Of a stretch of 64,000 nt of DNA, positions 42,680 through 52,815 are shown piece after piece (position 1 is the stretch's first letter; each line of letters starts with the position of its first letter). Where the stretch lies: NCBI GenBank assembly GCA_050950765.1, contig JBMNIF010000001.1, positions 140-64,139 on the forward strand, given 5' to 3'. The DNA comes from Bdellovibrionota bacterium. Its GTDB lineage: Bacteria > Bdellovibrionota_C > UBA2361 > JAAYZI01. Position numbers and translations under genes: made by a program. The notes beneath the pieces were generated by a model that searched no databases, had not been told where the DNA came from, and worked only from the letters and a program-made list of their open reading frames with translations.

Positions 42680-44776
42680 ATGGTACTAGTAGAAAGGGAG
42701 ATCTTTGGTCGTAAAATTTCATTTGAAACTGGAAAAGTCGCCAAACAGGCGAACGGTGCAGTTATTGTTCGCAGTGGTGATTCTGTTGTTTTGGTTACCG
42801 CTGTAATGGGTGGGGAGAAGGATTCTGACTTTCTTCCGCTATCTATTGATTATGTTGAAAAAACGTATGCCGCTGGAAAAATTCCAGGAGGCTTCTTTAA
42901 ACGTGAAGGGCGGCAGAGCGAGAGAGAAACGTTAACTTCTCGTTTGATGGATCGTCCGTGTCGTCCTCTTTTCCCAAAAGGGTTTAATAGAGAAATTCAA
43001 GTTATCGCCACAGTGCTTTCTGCTTCTGAGGAGTCTGATACTGATGTGCTTGCGCTTTGTGGTGCGTCCGCAGCTTTAAGTGTTTCGGATATTCCGTTCG
43101 AAGGACCTATCGCAGGTGTTAGGGTTGTACGTATCAACGGAAAGTTGTGTATCAATCCGTCCATAGCAGATCAAGAGAAAGGTGATATCAATTTTATCCT
43201 TGCTGGTTCAAAAGATGCTATCGTTATGGTTGAGGGTGGTGCTAAAGAGGTTCCTGAGTCCGAAGTGTTGGACGCTCTTTTCTATGCACATCAAGAGCTG
43301 CAAGTTTTGATTGAGATGCAAGAAGAGCTTGTTCAGAAAGCTGGTAAGGAAAAGGTTGCTTTTTCTAAACGTGAGATGGATGCAGCCTTTGTTGCAAACG
43401 TTAAAAAATTCCTTGAACCACGCGTAGCAGAAGCGATGGTTGTTAAAGATAAATTACAGAGACGTGATGCTGTTAAAGTTATTAAAGACGCTCTTGCTGC
43501 TGAATTTATCAAAGAAGAAACTGAAGATCCCGATAGAGTTGCTAGAGATTTGGAAGCTCTTTATGAAGATGTTGTTTACGATGTTGTGCGTGGGATGGCA
43601 TTTACTAAAGGGGTGCGTATTGATGGGCGTGATTGTAAAACAGTTCGTCCGATCTCTATTGAAGTTGGTGTACTTCCGCGAGCTCACGGCTCAGCTCTTT
43701 TCACACGTGGAGAGACACAAGGGTTGGTCGTTGCAACCTTAGGTGTAGCGCAAGAAGCTCAGATAGTTGACACTTTATTCGGCGAAGAGCGGAATTGGTT
43801 TATGTTGCATTACAACTTCCCTCCGTTCTCAGTTGGTGAAGTAAAGATGTTGCGTGGTCCAGGACGACGCGAGATCGGGCACGGTGCATTAGCTGAAAGA
43901 GCTATCCGTGCAGTTCTTCCTGATAAAGAAGACTTCCCTTATGTTTTAAGGGTTGTTTCTGAAATTACGGAATCAAATGGATCAAGTTCAATGGCGACCG
44001 TTTGCGGTGCAACCCTCTCTTTGATGGATGCGGGTGTGCCGATTAAAGCTCCTGTGGCGGGTGTAGCGATGGGGCTGATGAAGCAAGGTGATCACTCCAT
44101 TATTTTAACCGATATCTTAGGTGATGAAGATCACCTTGGTGATATGGACTTTAAGGTCTGCGGTACGAGAACTGGTGTGACAGCTCTGCAGATGGATATT
44201 AAGATCTCGGGGCTTGATAAAGATACCTTTACAAAAGCTTTAGCGCAGGCGCGTGAAGGTAGGATCTCGATCTTGGATAAGATAGAGGCTGCTATTTCAG
44301 AACCGAGACAAGATCTAAGTAGACATGCACCGAGGATCGTTACGATGAAGGTCAAATCCGATAAGGTTAAGGATGTGATCGGACCAGGGGGCAAAACAAT
44401 TAGATCGATCGTTGAATCGCATCAAGTTAAAGTTGATGTCTCTGATGATGGAACCGTGACGGTTTCTGGTAATGATGCTGAACAGATTAAAGCAGCTGTT
44501 ACTATTATTGAGAGTTTGACGGCTGAAGCTGAAGTCGGAAAGATCTATCACGGCCTCGTAAAGAGGGTTGCTGATTTCGGTGCTTTTGTAGAGATCCTTC
44601 CAGGGGTTGACGGTTTAGTTCATATCTCTCAGTTAGCTGATGAGAGAGTCAATCGTGTTGAGGATATCTTAAGAGAAGGTGATGAAGTGATGGTTAAAGT
44701 TCTTGAAGTTGATCGTCAAGGAAAGATCAGACTTTCTCGTAAAGAGGCTTTGGCTGAATTAGAGCAACAAGGATAG
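42680..44776 (+). CDS. pnp: polynucleotide phosphorylase
   Basis: Two RNase PH domains, then KH (VIGPGGKTIRSI) and S1 (GKIYHGLVKRVADFGAFVEI) domains; 698 aa; the rpsO-pnp synteny is conserved. Confidence 0.95.
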   Translation: MVLVEREIFGRKISFETGKVAKQANGAVIVRSGDSVVLVTAVMGGEKDSDFLPLSIDYVEKTYAAGKIPGGFFKREGRQSERETLTSRLMDRPCRPLFPKGFNREIQVIATVLSASEESDTDVLALCGASAALSVSDIPFEGPIAGVRVVRINGKLCINPSIADQEKGDINFILAGSKDAIVMVEGGAKEVPESEVLDALFYAHQELQVLIEMQEELVQKAGKEKVAFSKREMDAAFVANVKKFLEPRVAEAMVVKDKLQRRDAVKVIKDALAAEFIKEETEDPDRVARDLEALYEDVVYDVVRGMAFTKGVRIDGRDCKTVRPISIEVGVLPRAHGSALFTRGETQGLVVATLGVAQEAQIVDTLFGEERNWFMLHYNFPPFSVGEVKMLRGPGRREIGHGALAERAIRAVLPDKEDFPYVLRVVSEITESNGSSSMATVCGATLSLMDAGVPIKAPVAGVAMGLMKQGDHSIILTDILGDEDHLGDMDFKVCGTRTGVTALQMDIKISGLDKDTFTKALAQAREGRISILDKIEAAISEPRQDLSRHAPRIVTMKVKSDKVKDVIGPGGKTIRSIVESHQVKVDVSDDGTVTVSGNDAEQIKAAVTIIESLTAEAEVGKIYHGLVKRVADFGAFVEILPGVDGLVHISQLADERVNRVEDILREGDEVMVKVLEVDRQGKIRLSRKEALAELEQQG

Positions 44777-44794
44777 AACGACCTGTTTTTGATC

Positions 44795-44842
44795 GCTTTT
44801 TAGAGGGGGGTAAGGATCTTAAACGGTTCTTCCCCCCTTAAG
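44795..44842. terminator. terminator hairpin with a G6/C6 stem downstream of pnp
   Basis: gagggggg...cccccctt inverted repeat immediately after the stop codon. Confidence 0.55.
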
Positions 44843-44884
44843 TTTTTTCTTTTGAGTTATTTGGATTTTTAAAAGGAGTTCATT

Positions 44885-45346
44885 ATGTCTGAAGATCATG
44901 AGTGTTGTTATTGTTGTGATGATCCTGATCTGCAAGTGCACTTAAGTGCAGGAGCTGATTTTCAAGCACCACGTTCGGGAGACGCTGGATTTGATCTAAG
45001 AGCTCTTGAGGATGCAGTTATTAATCCGAATGAACAACTTCTTGTAGCAACTGGTGTGCGTGTAGCAATACCGCAGGGGTGGGTTGGAATTGTGAAGGAC
45101 CGTAGTAGTATGGCGTTGAAGCAGATCTATACGCATGCTGGTGTAATTGATGCGGCTTATCGTGGAGAGGTTAAGATAGTTCTTTCAAATGCCGGAGCAA
45201 CGCCGTATGTTATAGAAAAAGGCGCAAAGATTGCGCAGATGGTAGTTGTGCCGTGTCTTACAAAATGTGTCACCGTTGAAAATATTGAGGACTTAGGAGA
45301 AACAGAAAGAGGCGCAGGCGGCTTCGGCTCCACAGGAGTAAATTAA
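44885..45346 (+). CDS. dut: dUTP pyrophosphatase with an unusual Cys-rich N-terminal extension
   Basis: Five dUTPase motifs (AGFDLRA, GLVKDRSS-like, GVIDAAYRGE, RIAQMV, RGAGGFGSTG), preceded by MSEDHECCYCCDDPDL. Confidence 0.85.
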   Translation: MSEDHECCYCCDDPDLQVHLSAGADFQAPRSGDAGFDLRALEDAVINPNEQLLVATGVRVAIPQGWVGIVKDRSSMALKQIYTHAGVIDAAYRGEVKIVLSNAGATPYVIEKGAKIAQMVVVPCLTKCVTVENIEDLGETERGAGGFGSTGVN

Positions 45347-45474
45347 ATAGGTGCTGCTTCAGCTTTTCTCTTAAAACATAAAAATATGAAATAAGATATT
45401 TGCGAATCAAAGGAGAAAGGTGTTTATTTAGCTTAAACGGAAGGTATGCAACAACTTTAATTGGACTAAGCAAA

Positions 45475-46368
45475 ATGAAGTTTGATAAGAATTATATTAA
45501 CTTATTTTTTTCAGCCATCTGTTTTGGTCTCATCATCTTTGGTGGTGATGTTATGAAAAGAAACGGATTCTCGCTTTTTGAGGTCCTAGCTGTTCCAGTT
45601 ATTATTATCTCTCTTTTTACTTTCCCCGTTGCCAGAAAAGATTTTGGAAAAATTTTAAGGTGCAATCCTATTATCTGTATTTTTTATTGTCTCTGTTCGA
45701 CAGTAGCTTGTTTTGGGCAATTTGCCGCTATATTTAGTGGCTTATCAGTTTCTCTTACAGCATTCCTACTTTATACACAGCCTCTTTGGACGATCATGCT
45801 TGGTGTGTTATTTTTTCATGAACGGTTAAAAAAAATAGATGTTTTAATCGTTACTATTATGATTCTTGGATTAGTGTTCTTAATCCAACCGTGGAAGGAT
45901 TTCTCATATTCAATAGCAGGTGTGCTGTGGGGGTTGTCATCTGGTATCTTAATGTCGGTATGGATCATTTTAAGTGCATATTTTTCTAAGAGAGATGTTC
46001 ATCCGATCTCGTTAGTATTTTTTTCCTATTCATGTATGCTTATACCATTATTGATAGTAGTTCTTTTCTTCTCTTCCCAATTGGAGCCCCATCCGGAACT
46101 TTATAAATTTACGTTTTTTACAATGGGTTGGAAAAAAATTACTTGTGTCGTCTTATATGCCATCTTCGCATATGTGCTGGGTAATTATTTATTTTTTAAG
46201 GCATCCAAAACAATCCCGAGCATTCATTTAGGGCTTTTTGTTTTGATGGAGCCCATAGTTGCAACAATGCTTGATGTTATTTTTCTAGGTACATCTTTAA
46301 CCTTAAATGCAATCGTTGGAAGTTCACTTATTTTATTGGGAAATATCTTAATAGTGTTGAAAGAATAG
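45475..46368 (+). CDS. EamA/DMT-family transporter, tandem copy 1
   Basis: Ten hydrophobic segments; start set at MKFDKNY by homology with copy 2. Confidence 0.6.
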   Translation: MKFDKNYINLFFSAICFGLIIFGGDVMKRNGFSLFEVLAVPVIIISLFTFPVARKDFGKILRCNPIICIFYCLCSTVACFGQFAAIFSGLSVSLTAFLLYTQPLWTIMLGVLFFHERLKKIDVLIVTIMILGLVFLIQPWKDFSYSIAGVLWGLSSGILMSVWIILSAYFSKRDVHPISLVFFSYSCMLIPLLIVVLFFSSQLEPHPELYKFTFFTMGWKKITCVVLYAIFAYVLGNYLFFKASKTIPSIHLGLFVLMEPIVATMLDVIFLGTSLTLNAIVGSSLILLGNILIVLKE

Positions 46369-46582
46369 GGCGGTGTAGCAATCTAGTGCTCCTCTGGCAA
46401 TCAGTTGAAATAAAATTTATTGCCAATTATGGAACGAAGCGTTATTACACACAAAAAATAGAATAAAAAATTGTGTCAAAACGTAAAAATATGAAATAAG
46501 ATATCTGCGAATAAAAGGAGAAAGGTGTTTATTTAGTTAGGTAAAACAAAAGCATACAGCAGCTTTAATTGGACTAAGCAAG

Positions 46583-47473
46583 ATGAAGTTTGATAAGAAT
46601 TATATTATTTTAATTTTATCAGCTATCTGTTATGGCCTCATCACTTTTGGTGGCGGTGTTATGAGGCAAAATGGATTTTCACTTTTTGAAGTATTGGCTT
46701 CTGCAATTGTTATCGTGCCTCTTCTTACTTTTTCAGTTGCTAGAAAAGGTTTTAAAAATTTTTTTAAGTGTAATATTTTTATCTGTATTTTATTTTGCCT
46801 CTCTTCAACATTATCTTTTATAGGAGAGCTCGCCCCTCTGTTTTGTGGCTTATCAGTTTCTCTTACAGCATTTTTACTTTATACACAGCCTCTTTGGACG
46901 ATCATGCTTGGAGTGTTGTTTTTTCATGAACGGTTAAAAAAAATAGATGTTTTAATCGTTACTATTATGATTCTTGGATTAGTACTCTTAATCCAACCGT
47001 GGAAGGATTTCTCATATTCAATAATAGGTATATTTTTAGGGCTATTGGGAGGTATTTCACTGTCAGGATGGGTCATTTTAAGCGCGTATTTTTCTAAGAG
47101 AGATGTTCATCCGATGACGCTAGTATTTTTTACATATGCCTGCATGATACCGCTATTATTTATTGTTTTTCTCCCCCCCCCCCAATTAGGATCATATCCA
47201 GAACTCTTTAAGCTTACATTTTTCACAATGGGTTGGAAAAAAAATACCTATGTCATCTTATATGTCATCGTTGCATATGTGCTGGGTAATTATTTATTTT
47301 TTAAGGCATCCAAAACAATCCCGAGTATTCATTTAGGGTTTTTTATTTTGATGGAGCCCATAGTTGCAACAATGCTTGATGTTATTTTTCTAGGTACATC
47401 TTTAACCTTAAATGCAATCGTTGGAAGTTCACTTATTTTATTGGGAAATATCTTAATAGTGCTGAAAGAATAG
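46583..47473 (+). CDS. EamA/DMT-family transporter, tandem copy 2 (carries an in-frame C11 tract)
   Basis: Roughly 75% identical to copy 1 including ~60 bp of upstream sequence; homopolymer C11 at 47173-47183 encoding PPPQ. Confidence 0.6.
   Translation: MKFDKNYIILILSAICYGLITFGGGVMRQNGFSLFEVLASAIVIVPLLTFSVARKGFKNFFKCNIFICILFCLSSTLSFIGELAPLFCGLSVSLTAFLLYTQPLWTIMLGVLFFHERLKKIDVLIVTIMILGLVLLIQPWKDFSYSIIGIFLGLLGGISLSGWVILSAYFSKRDVHPMTLVFFTYACMIPLLFIVFLPPPQLGSYPELFKLTFFTMGWKKNTYVILYVIVAYVLGNYLFFKASKTIPSIHLGFFILMEPIVATMLDVIFLGTSLTLNAIVGSSLILLGNILIVLKE
47173..47183 (+). repeat. homopolymeric C11 tract within the EamA copy-2 coding sequence
   Basis: Counted directly in the sequence (ctcccccccccccaatt). 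Confidence 0.9.
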
Positions 47474-47584
47474 CTGGTGCTACCCATCAACAGAGGCTAA
47501 GATCATGCTACTGGACAGCTCTATAATGATGCTGCTATGAATTACAACATTAAATATTAGAAGGGTGGCACCAGATTACGGGAA

Positions 47585-48583
47585 ATGAAAAATTTTTTTG
47601 AACATCAAGAAAAAGCCAAAAACTATACGTTCTATCTATTGTTGTGTTGTCTTGTTACAACAATAATCACAGCTCTTACCGTATCTCACGGAGTGTTGGG
47701 TCTTTTTTTATGCCTCGATAATAGTGAAGATATCAATTTATATTCGCAAGATTATCATCAGGCGATAGTTTTAATAAGTTGCATAGTAGTATTTATAATC
47801 TGTTGTGGTTCTCTTTATAAGATCTTTCAACTGTCAAAAGGTGGAAAAGTTGTCGCTAAATTATTGGGTGGTACTTTAATTCCGACAGACACGCAGGATC
47901 CAAAGTTAAAAATGGTTTTAAATGTTGTGGAAGAGATGGCTATCGCTTCCAGTATTCAAACCCCTCCCGTTTATTACCTTCCGAAAGAAGCTGGAATAAA
48001 TGCCTTTGCCGCTGGATTTTCTACTGAAGATGCCATTGTTGCAGTAACTCAAGGTTGTATCGATAATCTATCTCGTGATGAGTTGCAGGGGGTGATCGCA
48101 CACGAGTTTAGCCATATCTTTAATGGTGATATGCGTTTGAATATCCGATTGATGGGGCTTGTTCATGGGTTTTTGCTACTGTATTTAATCGGATGGTCAA
48201 TATTAAGATTTATGCCACGCACAAGAAAGCGTGATAGTGATAGTAAAAGTGGTGCGCTTGTTTTTATTGTAGCTGTTGCGCTGCTTTTAATCGTTCTGGG
48301 CTCTATAAGCGCCTTTTTGGGGAATATAATCAAAGCCTCTATCTCTAGGCAGAGGGAGTTTTTAGCAGATGCGACTGCCGTGCAGTATACCAGAAACCCC
48401 GAAGGGATAGGAGGTGCCTTGAAAAAAATTCAGCTTTTAGCTGAAGGGTCTGAAATTAAAGCGCCTCATGCAAAAGAGGCAAGCCATATGTTCTTCTCGA
48501 ATAATTTTAATGGTCTCTGCAAACGGCTATTAGCTACGCATCCGCCATTAGAGGAGCGTATTCAAAGAATACTTACGCGCTAA
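47585..48583 (+). CDS. HtpX-like M48 family zinc metallopeptidase, paralog 1
   Basis: HEFSHIFNGD (HExxH), TM helices flanking it, C-terminal HPPLEERI; the M48/HtpX layout. Confidence 0.75.
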   Translation: MKNFFEHQEKAKNYTFYLLLCCLVTTIITALTVSHGVLGLFLCLDNSEDINLYSQDYHQAIVLISCIVVFIICCGSLYKIFQLSKGGKVVAKLLGGTLIPTDTQDPKLKMVLNVVEEMAIASSIQTPPVYYLPKEAGINAFAAGFSTEDAIVAVTQGCIDNLSRDELQGVIAHEFSHIFNGDMRLNIRLMGLVHGFLLLYLIGWSILRFMPRTRKRDSDSKSGALVFIVAVALLLIVLGSISAFLGNIIKASISRQREFLADATAVQYTRNPEGIGGALKKIQLLAEGSEIKAPHAKEASHMFFSNNFNGLCKRLLATHPPLEERIQRILTR

Positions 48584-48841
48584 AATTTAGGATGAGGTTT
48601 TGGATAAAATTTTGCTATCATCTACTGATTTAATAAAACCGCCAAAGATGAGTAATAAGCTTTTTTGTAAGTAAGAGTTAGAGTTGTGGCTAGTTTTAAA
48701 GAAGCTTATGAGGCGCTTTTAGGTATGGGATATGGAGAGGTGAATTATTTTATTGAAAGGAAAGGGCATAGTTATAAGATTAAAGATGTGCTAAAGCTTT
48801 TGTGATATATTTTTCATTTTTTAAATAGGGGAGAATGTAAA

Positions 48842-49405
48842 ATGAAAAAAGTTGTTGTTGTTTCTGGAAGCAAACGAAAAGGGAATACACTTGGTCTCGC
48901 TAACATTTATATCTCTGAGTTTGATAAAAGAGGTTATGAAACAAAGTTAATTGATCTGAGTTCTTTGACACTTAATTTTTGCGATGGTTGTTTAGAATGT
49001 GAAAAGCCTGAACATTTATGTAAAATAGATGATGGTTTTGAAAAAATAATCTCTGATCTAAAGGCTGCTGATTTAGTAATATTTGGAACGCCAACAAGAT
49101 GGAATTTACTTAGTGGAGAATTAAAGTGTTTCATCGAGCGCCTTAATCCCTGTGCAGCAATAGACGGGTACGCAGATAAGAATGTTTTTATATATGCACT
49201 TGGTATGTGTGGTGAAGAAGATAAAGAGTCTATCGATTATGCCATTAATAGCGTACGCATTTTTGCAGAACAAGCTCAGATGAACGTACTTGGAACTCAA
49301 GCTTTCTTAAATCTTTGTGGGGCTGAAGATTATCTTGATAATGCTGATGCTCTTAGAGAGATATGTGCAGATAATGTTGAGATGCTTTGTGAGAAAATTA
49401 AATAA
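48842..49405 (+). CDS. flavodoxin-fold NADPH-dependent FMN reductase / iron-sulfur-flavoprotein-like protein
   Basis: VVVSGSKRKGNT phosphate-binding loop plus a compact CDGCLEC...C cysteine cluster (Isf-like). Confidence 0.5.
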   Translation: MKKVVVVSGSKRKGNTLGLANIYISEFDKRGYETKLIDLSSLTLNFCDGCLECEKPEHLCKIDDGFEKIISDLKAADLVIFGTPTRWNLLSGELKCFIERLNPCAAIDGYADKNVFIYALGMCGEEDKESIDYAINSVRIFAEQAQMNVLGTQAFLNLCGAEDYLDNADALREICADNVEMLCEKIK

Positions 49406-49554
49406 GAAAATCTAGTATTAAAATGAGTTAAGATAAATACGCGCAGTTTTCTCTTCCTTATAGCATATAAGTTTGACTTAGATAGTGAGGCATCCTTTTA
49501 TAAAGTTAAGAACATAATTATTGCATTAAAAATACCTAAAATAGTTAAGCAAGT

Positions 49555-50277
49555 ATGTATTATACAATATATGATAAATGGGCAAAGTGCTACGACCCTA
49601 AAAACAAGGAGATGCAAGTTTTAGCTGAGCTTGGGATAGACTTTCATGATAAAAAGGTGCTTGAAGTTGGAGCTGGAACTGGGAGATTTACACAAAGGAT
49701 TTTACCATTTTGTAAAGAAATAGTTTGTGTTGACCCAGATGACGAAGCGCTTTTAGTTTTGAGAGATAATATAAGCGATAAGAGAGTAAGTGTTTTGAAG
49801 GGGACGATTGAAACGGTACCTTTGAAAAAAGAGTATTTTGATTACGCAGTTTATTTATGGTCGATGCATTTAATAGACGAAAAAGAAAAGGTTCTTCAAA
49901 TCTGTTATGATTCTCTAATCAGGGGAGGTTGTGTCGTTATTTTACAAGCGATTTCTGGAGATTATGAAAAAGAAAAAAATAGATTATATAGCAAGTATGA
50001 TATGATGGATGTGTATGACACGACGTGTGAGGATTTGATTAAAGTGCTTGAAAAAGTGTTTGGAAGAGTAACTTGTGACACATTAAATACTTTTTTTTTC
50101 TTTTGATAGCATTGACCAAGTCGTTGAACCCACCGTTTCTTTTGTTGCGGACGAGGACGGAGAGCCACCTAGTGAAATTGCGATAAATTCCTTAAGGGAT
50201 AGACTCTCTTCATACGTAACCCCTGAAGGCAATATAAAAATGTCGGATACCGTGTCGATTTTTATAGCTTATAAGTA
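49555..50277 (+). pseudogene. class I SAM methyltransferase interrupted by a frameshift at a T9 homopolymer (50091-50099)
   Basis: The ORF ends ...TLNTFFFF* at 50106. The +1 frame continues ...SFDSIDQVVEPTVSFVADEDGEPPSEIAINSLRDRLSSYVTPEGNIKMSDTVSIFIAYK* to ~50277. A T10 tract would fuse the two parts. Motif I VLEVGAGTGRFT. Confidence 0.55.
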
Positions 50278-50645
50278 AAAAGCTTTCTTTTTAAATCAGA
50301 TTTCTATCTCGTTTAAAGGACAAATGTTAACCTACAATTTTTTGAAACTTTGGTATAATTAAGTGGGCTTTGCTAGAAAAGCTGGCGATCTGTTTTTGAT
50401 GGCTAAACACTTTTTTGCTTATCAATTTTTAACTAAGACTGTTGAAAATAGGGGAAAGCAACGGAGAATATCTTTCTTAATAATTATGTGCTCTGTTTTA
50501 CCTGTGTGCCTAAAACTGCAAGGTGGTATCAGATTATGACACGTCAGATCTTAAATATCTTGAAGATTTTTATTCTAAATTAAAAATTAAGATGTAATTC
50601 TTTGGAGAAAAGCACGCAGCTCATAGATAATAAATATAAGATTAA

Positions 50646-50730
50646 AAAGGTTAGAGAGCCACACGACAAACACTTGAAACCATCAAGCGAGTCATGGAGT
50701 TGTGAATAACTCTGTGACTCTCTAACCTTT
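50646..50730. other. long nested hairpin (13-bp perfect outer stem aaaggttagagag/ctctctaaccttt plus an inner gagtca/tgactc stem)
   Basis: Inverted repeats read directly; lies just 3' of the minus-strand gene 50771-51511. Confidence 0.5.
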
Positions 50731-50770
50731 ATTCTAAGTTTCTACTGGGAATCCACCACCGTTCGATGGT

Positions 50771-51511
50771 CTACGCGGCGAGAGTAGTGTCAGCGGGAGT
50801 AGTGTTAGTCGGTTCTCGCTCTTCGTCGTCTTGTAGAGGGCAGCAAAAAGCTTCAACGCACAGCGCGAAAAACTCAAGTATCGCAAGCGCTTCTTCCAGT
50901 GTAAGCTTTTTGGCGACAGAAAGAAGGTCTCGCAGGCATTGATTGAGAGATTTGCTGGAATCCTTATTGTGGGACCCTTCACTGAGGGAGTGCATCATTG
51001 CCAGCACAGTGAGGGAGTCCATTATTGCCAGCAACATCATTGGCTCAATCTCCAGCACGTACTTAAGCGTAGCAGGCGAGAATGTAATTTTGGTCAATAG
51101 GTCTCTAAGGCGTTTAAGCATTTCTGGATCGCTTATTGGTACACGAGGCGCTAGTTCGACTTCGTCACCCTTTAAGAGTGTCCCATACCCCCCATTGTTA
51201 TACCGCTCAAGGGGGCACTCTTTGTTACCAGTATATTCGCTAGTTTTAATAGCGAGTATAACGGCCGCCAAGGGAGGAAGTGTGGATGCGCCGTACTGTT
51301 TCACCGTCTGCTTCAGCCACTCCACTACCCGTTTCTGCACCATTGACACTTTTAGTGCCATTGACGCTGCTGTAATCTTATCGACGTTACTTTTCGACAG
51401 CGGAAGCGAAGCGGCACTCTCCAGAGCTTTTAGCCACTTTTCCACCTGTCGTTCTGCGTTTTCCAACGCCCTTTCCAGCAATTCCATTGCTTTTTTTCCT
51501 TGATCTTGCAT
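50771..51511 (-). CDS. hypothetical protein; gene is locally GC-rich
   Basis: 246-aa ORF; GC visibly above the flanks; a long antisense ORF (50943-51503) is also open, consistent with atypical composition. Confidence 0.4.
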   Translation of the reverse strand: MQDQGKKAMELLERALENAERQVEKWLKALESAASLPLSKSNVDKITAASMALKVSMVQKRVVEWLKQTVKQYGASTLPPLAAVILAIKTSEYTGNKECPLERYNNGGYGTLLKGDEVELAPRVPISDPEMLKRLRDLLTKITFSPATLKYVLEIEPMMLLAIMDSLTVLAMMHSLSEGSHNKDSSKSLNQCLRDLLSVAKKLTLEEALAILEFFALCVEAFCCPLQDDEEREPTNTTPADTTLAA

Positions 51512-52032
51512 TGCTGCAATCTCCTTTTACTAGAGGTTAACGAAATAGCTCCCGTGGTATTAACTCCACAGGGGCTGTCATAAGGACAAAAGAGATGCAC
51601 GCAAGCATTAAAAACCTTTTCTAAAAATTACCTTTATTTTTGCCGTGTGCTCTCTCATCACAGAAATATAAATAACTGTCATGCGAGAGCACTTCGATTT
51701 TTCTCTTCTACTTAACCAAATTTTTTTAATCTTCAGAAAGAAGATCTCCAGTAAGATTTTATTCCATTCCCTTTTCTTAGTCTAATTTTAATTCTCCCCA
51801 AAATAACACCCACTTCTAAGCAAGCCCTAAAAACCGTTAATGACCTTAAATTATTATATTAATTTAATTACGAAGTTTTGCTGTTTTAATTGGAGAGGCG
51901 CATTAGAGAGCAGGAAGTACTAACCCCTTTTGCAAGACAACTATCGTTTAGATTGGGCGTTTAGATTGGGGCTTTGGTTGTTAAGAAGTTGTTAAGAGGA
52001 ATTGAAAAAAGAAAATATTTAAAGAGAGAAAA

Positions 52033-52072
52033 AATTAGGAGGCTGGTAGTAAATCCCAGCCTCTAGCCGTCA
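52033..52072 (-). terminator. rho-independent terminator for lemA (minus strand): gaggctgg-N9-ccagcctc followed by a T-run
   Basis: Minus-strand reading gives GAGGCTGGgatttactaCCAGCCTCctaatttttt. Confidence 0.65.
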
Positions 52073-52103
52073 AGGAGGGTGAGTAGTACCAGACTCCCTC
52101 TGC

Positions 52104-52676
52104 CTAAAACTGCACCTTTGGTGCTTGATAAACCTCTTTTTCCTCTGCTTGATCTAACTCAAACAGATCTTGTTCCCTAAAGTTAAATAAATTAGCTATA
52201 AGAACATCAGGAAATTGTTGAATGGCGGTGTTGTATATCACAACTTGATTATTGTACTGCCGCCTACTCAAGCTTATTTTATCTTCGGTATCACGCAGCT
52301 CTTCCTGCAATTGTAAAAAAACAGTATTTGCTTTTAAATCGGGATAACTTTCAGAGAGTGCGAAGAGTTGTCTTAACGCTCCGGATAGGGCGTTTTCAGC
52401 CTGAATTTGCTGTCCGATATTTTGAGAATTGGTCACAGTTGTTGCAGCGTTTCTTGCAGCAATAACGGCTTCGAACGTTTCTTTTTCATGAGAGGCGTAA
52501 CCTTTGGCAACTTCAATAACGTTTGGAATTAAATCGTGCCGTCTCTTCAGCTGAACTTTAATTTGCGACCACGATCCCACGCAGAGATTTCGTTTTCTTA
52601 TCAAGCTGTTATAAATCCATATGATATATAACAAAATTATAACGATAGCGATGACTATTCCAGCAGTTAAAGACAT
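52104..52676 (-). CDS. lemA: LemA-family protein, copy 1
   Basis: N-terminal TM plus the conserved QLKRRHDLIPNVIEVAKGYASHEKETFEAV and QLFALSESYPDLKAN blocks. Confidence 0.8.
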   Translation of the reverse strand: MSLTAGIVIAIVIILLYIIWIYNSLIRKRNLCVGSWSQIKVQLKRRHDLIPNVIEVAKGYASHEKETFEAVIAARNAATTVTNSQNIGQQIQAENALSGALRQLFALSESYPDLKANTVFLQLQEELRDTEDKISLSRRQYNNQVVIYNTAIQQFPDVLIANLFNFREQDLFELDQAEEKEVYQAPKVQF

Positions 52677-52714
52677 TAGAATCTCCTTTGCAAAAAAAGG
52701 AATTATAAACCGGT

Positions 52715-52815
52715 AGTATCAACAAGTTAGCGCACGGTTATGCCGATAATACTCCCTTTTATGTTCTATATTATTTAGCAGAGATGCGCCAGCCGCTATT
52801 ATAAGTTACTGTGCG
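52715..52815. repeat. direct repeat T1, left copy (~110 bp); pairs with 58670-58795
   Basis: The shared core aagttagcgcacggtt...atgccgataatac.c.tttatgttctatattatt.agcagagatgc is in the same orientation on the + strand in both copies. Confidence 0.75.

Noticed and set aside
50943-51503. 186-aa plus-strand ORF
   Set aside because: It is antisense to the longer 246-aa ORF in a GC-rich stretch where spurious open frames are expected, and has no RBS.
52715-52815. T1 repeat as a shared lemA promoter
   Set aside because: The two lemA genes are on opposite strands but the T1 copies are in the same orientation. T1 would therefore be inverted relative to one gene and cannot be a gene-linked promoter.
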